64,000 bases of DNA from Octopus vulgaris (taxonomy: Eukaryota). Positions 24,892-38,636 of this stretch are shown piece after piece. Position 1 is the stretch's first letter, and every line of letters starts with the position of its first letter. The position numbers and the translations under genes were made by a program. The notes under the pieces were generated by a model. That model ran no database searches and was not told where the DNA came from. It saw only the letters and a list, made by a program, of their open reading frames with translations. The DNA is taken from assembly GCA_951406725.2 (NCBI GenBank), contig OX597826.1, positions 81,344,001 through 81,408,000 of the forward strand, read 5' to 3'.

Positions 24892-25912
24892 ATTTCCGCC
24901 CATTTGGGGATTTTCAAAGATTAAATGTTATTTCGAACCCGGGTAGATACCCTGTTTCACTACTGCAGAACTTTTCTTCTACTTTGCACAGTAGTACCGT
25001 CTTTTCTAAGATCGATGTCTTCCGGGCGTATCTCCAGATTCCTTTAGATCTACATGGTATGTCAAAGGCTGCCATTACTACCCCCTTTTGGTTCATTCGA
25101 AATCCTTTCAATGCCTTTTGGGTTGGTTAATGCAACTAGCACCTTTCAAAGGTTTATAGATGACCTCATTTGCAGTCTCGACATCATCTCTGCCCACATT
25201 GATCCCTTACTCATCACCAGTCCTAAGGAGGAAGGGCATCTTCGCCACCGAATGCTTTTTCACTGCCCACACGATTATTGAGCTAAAATCAAACCAGTGA
25301 AGTGTGTCATTGGTTTTGTGTCGCTCGTATTTTTGCGCCACATCGTCGACCGTGATGGAATTTTTCCTCTCCCAGAGAAGGTACAGGCAGCTTCCTCTTC
25401 TATCTTCTGTTAAGCAGCTTCATCATTTCCTCGGTTTGGTCAATTTTTATCGTTGATTCATCCCAAATTGTGCAGAAAAATTCAGTTCCCTTAACACCAT
25501 TACTGAAGACTCGTAAAAAGAAGAACGAAGTTACCTCCCTTCCACTACCACTTGTTACAAGTTTTCAGGCTTTCAAACAGACCTTCTCTAACATTTCAAT
25601 GCTAGTACACTCCGAATCTGATGGAAAGCTTTCACTTGTGGTCGATGCATTGGATGCAGCTACGGTGCAGTATTACAGCAAGCTGACCCAGAAATTCTCT
25701 AACTGCTGGCATTTTATTCCCACCAGTTCAAGCCTGCAGAGAAGCACCATAGCATGTTTGGAAGACAATTTCTCACCATTTATCTTGCAGTGAAGCATTT
25801 TAGTCAGGAGGAAAGAAGTTTACAATATTCACGGACTACCAACCCCTTACTTTTGCTCTGTTTACCAATTCGCTGAGAAAGATCCAACATCTTCATTATA
25901 TATCACAGTTTT
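24892..25912 (+). mobile_element. Degraded Gypsy pol fragment (RT plus RNase H)
   Basis: RPFGDFQRLN, VFSKIDVFRAYLQIP, MPFGLVNATSTFQRFID, LVVDA, IYLAVKHF, FTDYQPL. Confidence 0.85.
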
Positions 25913-25913
25913 C

Positions 25914-26210
25914 TAGCAATACCAGCATCGCCTTACTGGCACCTGTGCCGGTGGCATGTGTAAAAGATTCGAACGAGGTCGTTGCCAGTACCACCTGACT
26001 GGCCCCCGTGTCGGTGGCACGTAAAAAGCACCCACTACACTCTCGGAGTGGTTGGCGTTAGGAAGGGCATCCAGCTGTAGAAACTCTGCCAAATCAAGAT
26101 TGGAGCCTGGTGCAGCCATCTGGTTCGCCAACCCTCAGTCAGATCGTCCAACCCATGCTAGCATGGAAAGCGGACGTTAAACGACGACGATAATGATGAT
26201 GATGATGATA
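25914..26210 (+). mobile_element. RTE 3' tail
   Basis: RTE 3' UTR and (GAT)n. Confidence 0.85.
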
Positions 26211-26850
26211 TGATGACTCCATATGCTGTACCCTGACTTTTATGCATCTTGGCATACTTCGATGCATTTTATTTGAACATTTTAGTATGCTTTGACTTTT
26301 CCCACATTTTGTCATTTTTTCATGTGGCCCACGCCTTGTCTTCAAACTTTTGGAACCTCTGTGTTAATTTTTGCAGGTTTTATTTTCTCTTTTCCTTGTT
26401 GGGGCTGTTTTTATCTCTTTTCCTTCCACTATGTACATGCCTTTCCTGATATTTTCACTTCTGTTCTGTTCCCCACAACAAACCTCCTTTTCGACTTACA
26501 GCTTTGGTGGGGGTGGGGGCGGAGTAGTGTAGCAAGGGCCATAAGTGCTAAAAGGAACAGGGCAGAATCATGCTCCCTCATTCTGTCGTCGGTAGGCTGC
26601 ACTGCATGGCACCACCACCGCTAGCGAGGCGTAAAAACGTTCGAGCGACGACGGATCTTTCTCTCTTCCCGCTGATCTCCCTCGTCAACCGACGACAGCC
26701 CAGCTCCCTTTCCACTTGGCCCCATTATTGCTTCCGCATTATGTCGCGGGCGCATTTCTTACTCTCTTCTTCTGTTTCAGCCTCAATCACATACAATGTA
26801 ACCACATTTCAACAACTTTTATCTATTCACATCCGCTTTTATAGGTAATA

Positions 26851-27037
26851 CTAGCGAACAGTGGTCCCGGTGCGCGCACTCGCATAGTCGCGCATCCGCG
26901 CTAGCTAGTCGTGACTAGTCGATCCTACAACGACTACCTAGCAAAGTAAATGAGACACAAAAACACAAAGGATCGACTAGTCATGACTAGCTAGCGCGGA
27001 TGCGCGAGTGCGCGCACCGAGCCTACTGTTCTCAATG
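26851..27037. mobile_element. CpG-rich palindromic MITE with TA flanks
   Basis: Inverted arms 26856-26926 and 26969-27031; TA at 26849-26850 and 27038-27039. Confidence 0.7.
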
Positions 27038-27893
27038 TATCGACGCCAGAATTGTTTTTTCACTTGTTGCAGTTATTAGACTGCGGCCATGCTGGGGCAC
27101 CACACTGAAGAATTTTTTGCTGCAGAAAAATCAGCATTTTAAAATCTAGATCTAAAGATTTTTGTTTTCTCCAACAGAATTCTGGTGTCGAAGGCGAATC
27201 ATTGAAACTCACTTCTTGAAGAAAATGTTTTCTTTCTTGTTAGAATTCAGACAATATCTAGATTGAGTATTAAAGAGTCTTCTGTTCTGTTATTCTATTC
27301 TACTTATTTATTTTCGATTGAATAGATTTGTTTACTTCAAAACTGGAATTTAGGAAAACAAAATGTTTTTATAAACGCGATTTCCGATTTTGTTTAAGAG
27401 AAATTTTTTTTTTTAATTATTTTTTAATGTTTGGCTGTTATTTCTAGCATGTGAGGATACAAAGGCTTAACTTCATGTGCTGGTTGAAAATCACCTAAAA
27501 ATGATTCTGGGGTCGATACATTCGACTAAAAATTCAAGGTGGTGCCCCAGTATGGCCAAAGTCTAGTGATTACAACAAATAAAAAGTTTTAAAAAAGGCA
27601 AGTATAACCTTAGGGCCCTTGTCCACTTTCGCGCTTTAACTATGGGGCTTTTGTCCGGATCCCGTTTATTATATGCAGTAAATATGAAAGGGTAAGGTAA
27701 AGACCCACTTGGGTTATGAATGATCATGGGGGTTGCTCCTAGAAAGTTTCCCTCCGAGGCACAAGATCCGGGCAAGGTTGTTTATGGACGACCAGCAGTC
27801 GCCCTAGCATATCAGCCTCCGCTCACCTTGCTTATCCAAAGGGATGTCGAAATCCGATACAGGTTGGCACCAGTGACATTGCAACTCATTTCT

Positions 27894-28449
27894 TATTTCT
27901 TTACTACCCACAAGGGACTAAACATAGAGGGGACAGACAAACGGAATAAGTCGATTACATCGACCTTAGTGCAAAACTGGTACTTATTTAATCGACCCCA
28001 AAAGGATAAAAGGCAAAGTCAACCTCGGATGAAATACCTATTTCTTTATTACCCACGAGGGGCTAAACATAGAGGGGACAAACGAGGACAGGCAAACGGA
28101 ATAAGTCGATTACATCGACCCCAGTGCGTAACTGGTACTTATTTAACCGACCCCGAAAGGCAAAGTCTACCTCGGCGGAATTTGAACTCAGAACGTAACA
28201 GCAGACGAAATACCTATTTCTTTATTACTCACAAGGGGCTAAACACAGAGGGGACAAACAAGGACAGACAAAGGGATTAAGTCGATTATATCGACCCCAG
28301 TGCGTAACTGGTACTTAATTTATCTACTCCGAAAGGATGAAAGGCAAAGTCTACCTCGGCGGAATTTGAACTCAGAACGTAATAGCAGACGAAATACCGC
28401 TAAGCATTTCGCCCGGCGTGCTAACGACTCTGCCAGCTCGCCACCTTGA
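27894..28449 (-). mobile_element. Trimeric SINE (Meta-like core) inserted in another SINE
   Basis: Three head-to-tail units; 13-bp TSD GCAACTCATTTCT (27881-27893 and 28450-28462); empty site at about 23786. Confidence 0.85.
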
Positions 28450-28701
28450 GCAACTCATTTCTACAGCTCAGTGAAGTGCATTAACGTGGTTTTAATTACA
28501 AACATGTACACAGCATTTTAGTATTGTGTAGCGTGAAATACATTAATGAATTCCAATCAAGATTGAATGGTATAACCTGAGGGAAAATCTCATAGTTATT
28601 TCTGGCAGATCGTCCAAGTACGTAGAGGTTCCATTCCACCTACGTAGTTGTTTAGTCTAAGAAAAACCCCGACTGAGCAGCTCTGCCAATTCAGTGCTGG
28701 T

Positions 28702-28932
28702 TAATAGGCGGCGAGGAACTGGCAGAACCGTTAGCACGTCGGACGAAATGCTTAGCGATATTTCGTCTGCAGTAACGTTCTGAGTTCAAATTACGCCGAG
28801 GTCCACTTTGCCTTTCATCCTTTCGGGGTCGATTAAATAAGTACCAGTTATGCACTGGAATCGATATAATCGACTTAATCTGTTTGTCTGTCCCCCTCTG
28901 TGTTTCGCCCCTTGTGGGTAATAAAGAAATAT
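28702..28932 (+). mobile_element. Monomeric tRNA-derived SINE
   Basis: A and B boxes; TSD ATTCAGTGCTGGT at 28689-28701 and 28933-28945. Confidence 0.88.
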
Positions 28933-29056
28933 ATTCAGTGCTGGTCGATCCATACTTGTTAACAGAATAACTACGAAACTGTGTAATAATAAATCACTAA
29001 TTGTATCCATAATTTGGTTTTCCCATTATAATAATAATAGTAATGATTGTTTTATC

Positions 29057-29156
29057 CGGATTCTGTTACTTCCGCCCAGAATCTACCAAAATCATTTCCG
29101 GCGAAGAACTTTCTCTCGTCTTAATCGAATTTATAAAGCTACAAAGAAAAGTAAGT
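29057..29156 (+). promoter_or_regulatory. Promoter/non-coding exon 1 of ZNF gene 4; donor GTAAGT 29151-29156
   Basis: Conserved ACTTCCGCCC motif; acceptor AG 31531-31532. Confidence 0.65.
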
Positions 29157-29696
29157 ATTTATAGTGTTTAAATGGATATAAAATATTTTGAGGACGGATC
29201 TTCGGAATAACTCTTTGGGGCAATGAAAAGAGCAAAGAATCGGGAAGGTTTTTTCTTCGTCATTTCAATATTTTACGATTCTCCGCCAAAATTTCGATCA
29301 GAATCAGAATTTCCTTTCTATCAAACACAGAAATACGAGGAAAAAGTGCGCTGGCTTTCGAAATAGCTGTCGCAAATAAAAGGGAATTGCTCAGAGATTT
29401 CTTTTTTTAGCATTTTTCACCATTTTATAGAATCTCACTTGGCAAAACAAGATATTAATCGCCTTCTTAAAAAACGAAAAAAGAAAAGAAATTGAGTATC
29501 TTTGCTTCTTTGGAAATGTCTCAGTCTCTCTGTCCCTCTCAGTTACGCCTTCCGAATAACTGCCACGATTCACAGGAATTAATTTCCTTCCCAATTTCCC
29601 GTCTCTTCTGAAATATTTACAATTCACATTAGAAATAATACAAAATAACAAAAACCACCAAATGCACCTCACACTTCATCGCACCTTTCACCATCT

Positions 29697-30043
29697 GTAT
29701 CTTATACTTGTTTCAGTCATTAGACTGCGGCCAAGCTGGGGCATCGACTTCAAAGGTTCTGTCGAACAAATCAATGCCAGTACTTATTATATCGGTTACT
29801 ATTTCTCCAACCGTTAAGTTACGATGACGTAAACAGATCGTCTTCAGTTGTGAAGCGGTGGTGAAACACATCCATCCATACATATACACAACCGGCTTCT
29901 TTCAGTTTCCGCCTAACGAATCCTTTCATAAAGCTCTGGATCATAGTAGAACACACCTGTCCAAGGTGCCATGCAGCTGGACTGAACCCAGAAGCATTGC
30001 AATCAGGAAGCAAACTTCTTACCTCACAGCCACCCCTGCACCT
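29697..30043 (-). mobile_element. tRNA-derived SINE of a second family, in the intron of gene 4
   Basis: Reverse strand reads AGGTGCAGGGGTGGCTGTGAGGTAAG...GGGTTCAGTCC...GGCACCTTGGACA; related tail fragments at about 27075 and 27540. Confidence 0.7.
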
Positions 30044-31929
30044 TTCTATTTTTTTTCCCATCATTCTTCTGTATTTCTCATTTTGAAAGACTTGTAATAT
30101 ACTTTACATTTTTGTTTTCATTTTTTTTTTTTTGCAAAACATACATATTTTTTAGAAATTCTTCACCATCCTTCATCCTGAAATTGCCATTCCATTCCTA
30201 AGAAAACAATTGTTTAAAATTCCATTTTTTTTAACATTTCGTCTTCACCTTTTTTTTCCCACACTTATGCCATTTCGTAGAATCTTTTCCCCTTTTCTTT
30301 CCCAAGTTGCCAGTAAATATCACAAAGAAACCATGCCTACCACATATTTATTGATTATTTTTCATCCCAAAATTACACTTTTTTCACACTTTTGCCCTCT
30401 AAATAAAATTTTGCTTGTATGACATGATAAAAAGAAAGAGAAAAAAATGAGAAACAGGAATTTACTAAGCCAACTTAATACATCAGTTTGATTTTCGACA
30501 TCAACTGATGAACTTTTTATGACTATTTTCCCCATTAAGCATCCTCCAGAAAATGTGAAGTTTGAGTGAGAGGAAAAATTCTGCTGCACTGCAACAGGTT
30601 TTGTCAGAGAGTGCTATTTGCAAGATATTTTATCCAAGACTTCCACAAGTGGATGTGTGAAGAATATGGTTGGAATTCTGAAAGTAGTATCTATAAACTG
30701 ATAATTTCAGTTGTTTAAAAAGTAGAAGAGAATATTTGTAACTGAAGAAAAGTATATAATATCATTGCTGTCCACGTGGTTGTTGAATCACTTTCAGAAC
30801 CCAAAGGTTGTTCCTTGTCCTGAAGAATTGTTGAGATTGTGGAATGAGACAACTACAGATTGCATGTGATAGCATGGACAGTTCCCTCTTATTGGTTTCT
30901 TACGGGTAGTCATAGCTTCTAGTAGTCATAAGTCAAAGATAATCTTATATATATGCACAGTATTATATGTGCCATAATATAATGTGGATGTACACAGTAT
31001 ATTCCTGCATGCCATAAGAGACGAAAGGGTTTGTATCAGGAAACTCCTAGAGACAAATGATTTGGACAGCATGGAAAAGCTGACATCAACATGATGACTT
31101 ATAAACTTGTCTAGTATATAATAACTTTGTGCCTTTTTTTTCTTTTTTGTTCGTCTTAATGTCCAAGGATTGAGGCAGGTTTTCTATTGTCTGCAACCTT
31201 CACTTGTTTCCAAGTAAGGTAAAGCTGTCCCTTCACTGGTCATGTTCGCAGAAGACTGGAAACAAACGACACTTGTTGCATGATCCTGTGACTCTTGCTT
31301 CCAACCATCAGGCAACACGAAGCCAAGCAGGCAGTTATCTTTTTAGGATATGATGTATTGTTAAAATATATTTATTTCTCTGCTCTGTTATATTTGTAAA
31401 CTGATAGAGATACGCTGGAGGAGTTCATTCGTTCTAGTCAAGGTTTCACTTGTACAATTTATAAGTATAGCAATAACATTGATGCTGTTTATGTATCCTT
31501 GAAAGCTTATACTGTTTTCCTTCTTATTTCAGAATCAAAGCTGGAACTGGCATCAACATTTTTGTTTATCATACAACAGAAGCATCAACAATATTTATCA
31601 TCTTTTAAAGACAAAAAATGTTATACTGAACAAATCTGACCATTTTCACATAAATTTAATGAATGATGTTTGAAAGATTTCCCCTGGGTAAGATTATTAG
31701 CAACAGTTGTGTGTGTCATTCCCTGGAATGAGTACAATACAATTCTGCATTGAAAATATATGAAGATCGATTTATGAAGCACTTTGCATCCAGATGATGG
31801 ACTTGTAGCAGAAGGAATATTTGTTAGAAATAAATTATAGAAAGGAAAGCAGCAAACATAACATATTGTGGTGAGAGAAGGAAGAATTATTATTCAATGA
31901 GTTAACTGTTATTTTTTGGTTCTAAAAAG

Positions 31930-33375
31930 ATGGCAAAAAGCTTAGCAAAGTCTTCATATGAATGTGATGTCTGTAAAAAGTCATTAAGTTCAAGAGGTAC
32001 ACTAACTGCTCACATACGTATTCATACAGGAGAGAAACCATATCACTGTGATATCTGTGGTAAAAGATTCACTAGAACAGATGACTTGACTGTTCATGTA
32101 CGTGCTCATACAGGAGAGAAACCATATCAGTGTGATATCTGTGGTCACTCATTCACTCGTAAAGATATTTTAACTACACACAGACGTATTCACACAGGAG
32201 AGAAACCGTATCAATGTGATATGTGTAGTAAATCATTCGCTAAAAGTACTAACTTAACTGATCACAAACGAATTCATACTGGAGAAAAACCATACCATTG
32301 TGATTTTTGTAGTAAATCATTTAATCAAAATAATCAGTTAATTAAACACAGACGCATTCATACAGGAGAAAAGCCCTATCACTGTGATATTTGTGACAAA
32401 TCATTCTCTCGAAATGATGAGTTAATTGCTCACAAACACATTCATACAGGTGAGAAACCTTACAGGTGTGATATCTGTGGTAAATCATACACTCTAAATA
32501 ATGCCTTGACTGTACACAAACGTATTCATACCGGAGAAAAACGATTTATTTGTGATATTTGTGGCAAAGCATTCATTCGAAATTATTCTTTAGAAGCACA
32601 TAAAAGAATTCATGCTGCAGAAAAACAATATCATTGTGATATCTGTGGTAAAGCATTTACACATAGACATGATGTAACTGTACATAAACGTGTTCATCCC
32701 AAAAAAAAGCCATTTCATTGTGATATCTGTGGTAAATCATTCTCTGGTCGTACTGCGGTAATTGTGCATAAACGTATTCATACCGGAGAAACGCCATATC
32801 ACTGTGATATCTGTGGTAAATCATTCCCTCAAAGCGTTTCCTTGACTCATCACAAACGTATTCATACTGGAGAAAAGCCGTATCAGTGTGATATCTGTGG
32901 TAAATCATTCTCTCAAAGTCCTGCTGTTATTGTACATAAACGCATTCATACAAGAGAAAAGCCATATCATTGTGATATCTGTGGTAAAGCTTTTCCTCGA
33001 AGCAATACTTTGACTCATCATAAACGTACTCATACCGGAGAAAAACCATATCATTGTGATATCTGTGGTAAATCATTTATTCGAAGTAACGATGTAAAAG
33101 GACATAAACGTATTCATACTGGAGAAAAGCCGTATCAGTGTGATATCTGTGGTAAAGCATTTTCACAAAGTCCTGCTTTAACTGTACATAAACGTGTTCA
33201 TACCAGAGAAACACCATATCATTGTGATATCTGTGGTAAATCATTCTCTTACAGTAACCTATTAACTAAGCACAAATGTATTCATATGGCAGAAAATTCA
33301 TATCGGTGTAATGTCTGTGGTGAGTCCTTCTCTCAACAGGAGGATTTAGCCAATCATGTCTGTGTTATTCCATGA
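31930..33375 (+). CDS. C2H2 zinc-finger gene 4, 481 aa, 17 fingers (last degenerate)
   Basis: Intact [15 protein letters not shown] start. Confidence 0.94.
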   Translation: MAKSLAKSSYECDVCKKSLSSRGTLTAHIRIHTGEKPYHCDICGKRFTRTDDLTVHVRAHTGEKPYQCDICGHSFTRKDILTTHRRIHTGEKPYQCDMCSKSFAKSTNLTDHKRIHTGEKPYHCDFCSKSFNQNNQLIKHRRIHTGEKPYHCDICDKSFSRNDELIAHKHIHTGEKPYRCDICGKSYTLNNALTVHKRIHTGEKRFICDICGKAFIRNYSLEAHKRIHAAEKQYHCDICGKAFTHRHDVTVHKRVHPKKKPFHCDICGKSFSGRTAVIVHKRIHTGETPYHCDICGKSFPQSVSLTHHKRIHTGEKPYQCDICGKSFSQSPAVIVHKRIHTREKPYHCDICGKAFPRSNTLTHHKRTHTGEKPYHCDICGKSFIRSNDVKGHKRIHTGEKPYQCDICGKAFSQSPALTVHKRVHTRETPYHCDICGKSFSYSNLLTKHKCIHMAENSYRCNVCGESFSQQEDLANHVCVIP

Positions 33376-35276
33376 GAGAAAGAATTTCCTTGTGGCGGGT
33401 AAGAGACATCTCTCAACTGTCATAAGCAAATCATAAAATATAGCATTTCATCACAGTATACTCTAAGACAGAAGTGTATCATGTGCTTGTCTATCTGGAT
33501 TGTGTATGTTATATGTATATATACTTTCAACAGGAGGATTTAGCCAATCATGTCTGTGTTATTCCATGAGAGAAAGACTGAGAAATCTCTCAACTGTAAG
33601 CATTCATACCTATGTCTGATACTAAGTAAGAAGGAACAAACAATTCATAAAATATAGTATTTCATTAATCTATACTATAAGACAAGTATATCATGTGCTC
33701 ATCTGGTTTGTGGGTACACTTTCTCTGTATGTTGTGTATATTCTTTCAGGTGTACTATCTTGATTATTGGTTTATCCTTATTGTATTTTATCAAGAGACC
33801 AATTCTGTTGTTGGTAATGTCTGTAATTTAAACTATGGCATGGTTCCTTCAGGTGTTTATGGTGAAAACTAATGTTAATTTGTCATTGTTGTATTAAACT
33901 TTGCATAAAAACGAAATTGGTGGAGCAATTTTTTTGAATTATCATCATCAGTGATTTTTCTATGTCCATTGACGATGCTGGAATGTGTTGGACCACTTCA
34001 TCATCATCATCATTTCTGGATGATGATTTTTATCTCAAGCATTTTGTCATTTCAAGTGTGAATTCCAGAGTTCTCACTGCAACAGTCTCTTTGTATTTTC
34101 ATATTAATTTGAACTCTAAATAAAAATGGTTTACTCTGAAATTATTCTCTTTTTATTTTTCAATAAGCAAGTCTTGTTTGCACGTTTTCTAAACTGGTTT
34201 TCACCGACTGTTTACTTTAAAGCCATTTAATTTATTGACACTGTTTGATACAAGATGTGATCTGATGTTACGAGGAAGTGAAAGAGATGTAAATAATAGG
34301 ATGATATTGTAGATGAAATGGTGATGACGGTGGCTTTGTAGTGGTGATGCAGTGAGTTGGTTGATGAGAGCCAAGTGAGAGGCTGTGTAAGGACAAGATA
34401 TTTCCCCATTCTCAGATGATATTGGTTTCAAATTTTGGCACAAGTCCGGCAACTTCAGGTGAGTCGGGGTTAAGTCGATTACATTGAGGCCAGAGTTCAA
34501 CTGGTACTTTTCTTATTGACCTGAATTGATGAGAGCAAAGTTGGCCTCAGCGGAATTTGAACCCAGAACATAAAGGCAGATGAAATGTCGCTGATCATGC
34601 TGCCAGATCACTGCTTTCAAGAATCCTCAGATAATATTAAAATGTGATATTACCATTATTTTACATTTATTTAAAAATATTGTGGTATAAAAACATATAA
34701 GATTGCTAATTGTATCAAAAATAAAGAACAGGATAATGCAGAACCTCTGCTTTATGAGTCATTGCAATATTCAGAAGCAGAATAAAGGAATTTGCTGCAA
34801 ATCTTCTTTCTTCTTTTGGGCAAATTCTGTTGAAACATCAAAGCATTGGTTCACTGGACAGACAACATTTCTCATTCACTCACGGTAAAAAGGCTTTTTC
34901 TAATATGAGTGCAGATTCTAATATTTAAGCTGTAAACAAAGAACCTGCATTTCATCATTTAACCATATTAGAAACAGAAAAAAGGAATATATTCTATGTG
35001 GGCGTAGTTTATATGATTCACTCTAAAATATTCAACAGGGTCAGTCGTTTCTTTTAAACTTGTTTGTTGTTAGCAATGGAGGTTGGTGGAGATGAGAAAA
35101 GCATTATTGAAAGATATTTCAGTTTATTGTATTTTAAGAACAATGGACAAAATAACTTTTGTCCACTTTTCCGTGGCCATAGCCAATTTCAACGTTTAAC
35201 AGTAACTTGACTTATTTTTCTCGTTATTTTCCCCTTTAACTTTTATTTATTTTTTTAAACACCTTATACTGAAAGA

Positions 35277-37258
35277 GGATCAGGTAATGAAGGTTACGGA
35301 GAGGGTCATAGCCCAACTGATTAGAGAGAGAGTTAGTTTAGATAAGATGCAGTTTGGGTTCATGCCAGGGAAAATAACCACTGATGCTATATCCCTAGTA
35401 AGACAGCTGCTGGAGAAATACCTAGCCAAAGATAAGCCCCTGTACCTGGCTTTCGTTGACATGGAGAAAGCCTTCGACAGGGTCCCCTAATCCCTTATCT
35501 GGTGGTCAATGAGGAAACTAGGGATAGATGAATGGTTAGTGAGAGCTGTGCGAGCCATGTACAGGGACGCTGCTAGTAAGGTGAGGGTTGGCAACGAGTA
35601 CAGTGAAGAATTCTGGGTAGAGGTAGGGGTCCACCAAGGTGCAGTCCTCAGCCCCCTCCTATTTATCATAGTCCCCCAGGCAATAACGGAGGGATTCAAG
35701 ACAGGATGCCCTTGGGAGCTCCTCTATGCTGATGACCTTGCTCTAATTGCTGAGTCACTGTCAGAACTGGAGAAGTTTCAGGTGTGGAAGCAAGGATTAG
35801 AATCGAAGGGCCTTAGAGTCAACCTAGCTAAAACCAAAGTCCTAATAAGTAGGAGGTAGACAAATCACAAACGCCTTCAGGTAGATGGCTCTGCTTGATC
35901 TGTAGAAAAGGCATAGGTAGAAACTCTATAAGATGCACCAAGTGTAAGCTATAGACACATAAGAGTTGCAGCAACATTAAAGAAAGGCTAACTAGGAAGA
36001 TAGTTTTTGTATGTGGCAGATGCTCAGGAGTAATAAACACTGAAAATGCACAGAGACCAACTTCCGCCACATTCCAGGGAGAAAAACTAGAAATAGTTGA
36101 TAGCTTCTGTTACCTAGGTGACCAAGTCAGTAGCGGGGGTGGGTGTGTTGAAAGTGTAGCTGCTAGAATTAGAATAGCTTGGGCAAAGTTCAGAGAGCTC
36201 TTACCTCTGCTGGTGACAAAAGACCTCTCGCTCAGAGTAAAAGGCAGACTGTATGATGCATGTGTACAAACAGCCATGCTACATGGTAGTGAAACATGAG
36301 CCGTGACTGCTGAGGACATGCATAAGCTCGCAAGAAATGAAGCCAGTATGCTCTGATGGATGTGTAATGTCAGTGTGCATACTCGAGTGTAAGTACCTTG
36401 AGAGAAAAGCTGGACCTAAGAAGCATCAGTTGTTGTGTGCAAGAGAGACGTTTGCGCTGGTATGGTCATGTGGCGAGAATGGATGAAGATAGGTGTGTGA
36501 AAAAGTGCCAATCCCTAGCAGTTGAGGGAACCCGTGGAAGAGGTAGACCCAGGAAAACCTGGGACGAGGTGGTGAAGCACGACCTTCGAACTTTAGGCCT
36601 CACTGAGGAAATGACCAGCGACCGAGACCTTTGGAAATATGCTGTACGTGTGAAGACCAGGCATGATGAGTCCAGCCCACTTATGCATACCTTTCCTCCT
36701 TTGGACACACAAAGACCTGTTGAGGCAAGCGAAGTCGATATCAAACCTCATCCGACAACAGGCACCCATGCCAACCCTCCTTTGCTTGCGAAGACCTGTT
36801 GGTGCAAGTGAAATCGGAATCGAAATTGAACCAATCCTATGCCTGGCACCCGGCAGATGCCAGGACCCCTAGACTGGTGGTACGTAAAAAGCACCATCCG
36901 AATCGTGGCCGATGCCAGCGCCGCTTCGACTGGCTTCCATGCCGGTGGCACGTAAAAAGCACCATCTGAATCGTGGCCGAAGCCAGTGCCGCCTCAACTG
37001 GCTTCCGTGCCAGTGGCACGTAAAATGCACCAATCCGACCGTGGCTGATGCCAGCCTCGCCTGGCACCTGTGCAGGTGGCACGTAAAAAGCACCTACTAC
37101 ACTCACGGAGTGGTTGGCGTTAGGAAGGGCATCAAGCTGTAGAAACATTGCCAGATAAGACTGGAGACTGGTGCAGCCGTCTGGCTTCCCAGATCCCCGG
37201 TCGAGCCGTCCAACCCATGCTAGCATGGAGAACTGACGTTAAACGATGATGATGATGA

Positions 37259-37262
<4 letters not shown>
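35277..37262 (+). mobile_element. 5'-truncated RTE LINE with stops and frameshifts
   Basis: QFGFMPG, FVDMEKAFDRVP, ELLYADDL, RWYGHVARM...GRPRKTW; 3' UTR repeats; (GAT)n. Confidence 0.92.
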
Positions 37263-37348
<86 letters not shown>

Positions 37349-37421
37349 ATGTATGTATGAATGTATATGCATGTATCTATCTATGTAGCTAGCTAGCTAG
37401 TTAGCTATATATATATATATA
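37262..37421. repeat. (TA)n/(TATG)n microsatellite
   Basis: Directly visible; similar tracts at 44750-44995, 46400-46500, 52626, 53018, 57916, 63690. Confidence 0.95.
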
Positions 37422-37650
37422 ACCATTCGTCGAAAATCATGTGGGATGGAGTAGAAGTAGTATATGTGCAGGGAGAAGAGAGAAAATAGTAATTCAGTGA
37501 AGGAGAAGTAGTGAGAGAAAGTAATAGCAATGAGGGGGGGGCGTAGTGGCAGAGCGCATGTAGTTGCTGTATCGTCTGTTTTTCTCCGTCACAACATAGG
37601 AATGAGAAAGGAAAGGGTGACAGCTGAATGACAAAGGAAGGGGTGAAAGA

Positions 37651-37688
<38 letters not shown>

Positions 37689-37834
37689 AATGGCCATGTC
37701 CATTGTTTAATGCTGTGTAAAAAGTTACTTGTTTCACTAATTATCTCGCAACTTAATTTTTAATTACTTTTTAATATTACCATATTGAACGATTTACGGC
37801 AAATTTTGTTTTTCTATTTATGAAAATATTTCTT

Positions 37835-37946
37835 CGGATTCTGTTACTTCCGCCCAGAATCTACCAAAATCATTTCCAGCCAAGAACTTTCTCTCGTCTT
37901 AATCGAATTTATCCAAGAAATTATAAAGCTACGAGGAAAAGTAAGT
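37835..37946 (+). promoter_or_regulatory. Promoter/non-coding exon 1 of ZNF gene 5; donor 37941-37946
   Basis: Conserved motif plus GTAAGT; acceptor AG 40346-40347. Confidence 0.65.
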
Positions 37947-38636
37947 ATTTATAGTGTTTAAATGGATATAAAATATTTTGAGGACGGATCTTCGGAATAA
38001 CTCTTTGGGGCAATGAAAAGAGCAAAGAATCGGGAAGGTTTTTGTCTTCGTCATTTCAATATTTTACGATTCTCCGCCAAAATTTCGATCAGAATCAGAA
38101 TTTCCTTTCTATCAAACACAGAAATACGAGGAAAAAGTGCGCTGGCTTTCGAGATAGCTGTCGCAAATAAAAGGGAATTGCTCAGAGATTTCTTTTTTTA
38201 GCATTTTTCACCATTTTATAGAATCTCACTTGGCAAAACAAGATATTAATCGCCTTCTTAAAAAACGAAAAAAGAAAAGAAATTGAGTATCTTTGCTTCT
38301 TTGGAAATGTCTCAGTCTCTCTGTCCCTCTCAGTTACGCCTTCCGAATAACTGCCACGATTCACAGGAATTAATTTCCTTCCCAATTTCCCGTCTCTTCT
38401 GAAATATTTACAATTCACATTAGAAATAATACAAAATAACAAAAACTACCAAATGCACCTCACACTTCATCGCACCTTTCACGATCTGTCGTCTATACTC
38501 GAGTAGAAGCCGATCCCCTATTTTGGGCAAAAACTTGGTAATTTTCCATGGATCCTGTATAAAAGTTGACCCTAGTATTTGACGAGTAACATTTGTGGGT
38601 CCAGATGCAGTATAATCCTGTACGTAGAAGTAACTT

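Noticed and set aside
38013-38442. Recurrent short ORFs (MKRAKNREG..., MLFCIISN...) near promoters
   Set aside because: They recur only because of recent duplication, lie in the predicted intron, and show no protein features.
38487-38580. TATACTCGAGTAGAAGCCGA resembling a pogo/Tc2 terminal repeat; also a mariner-like end near 11900
   Set aside because: No partner terminus found, so not listed as features.
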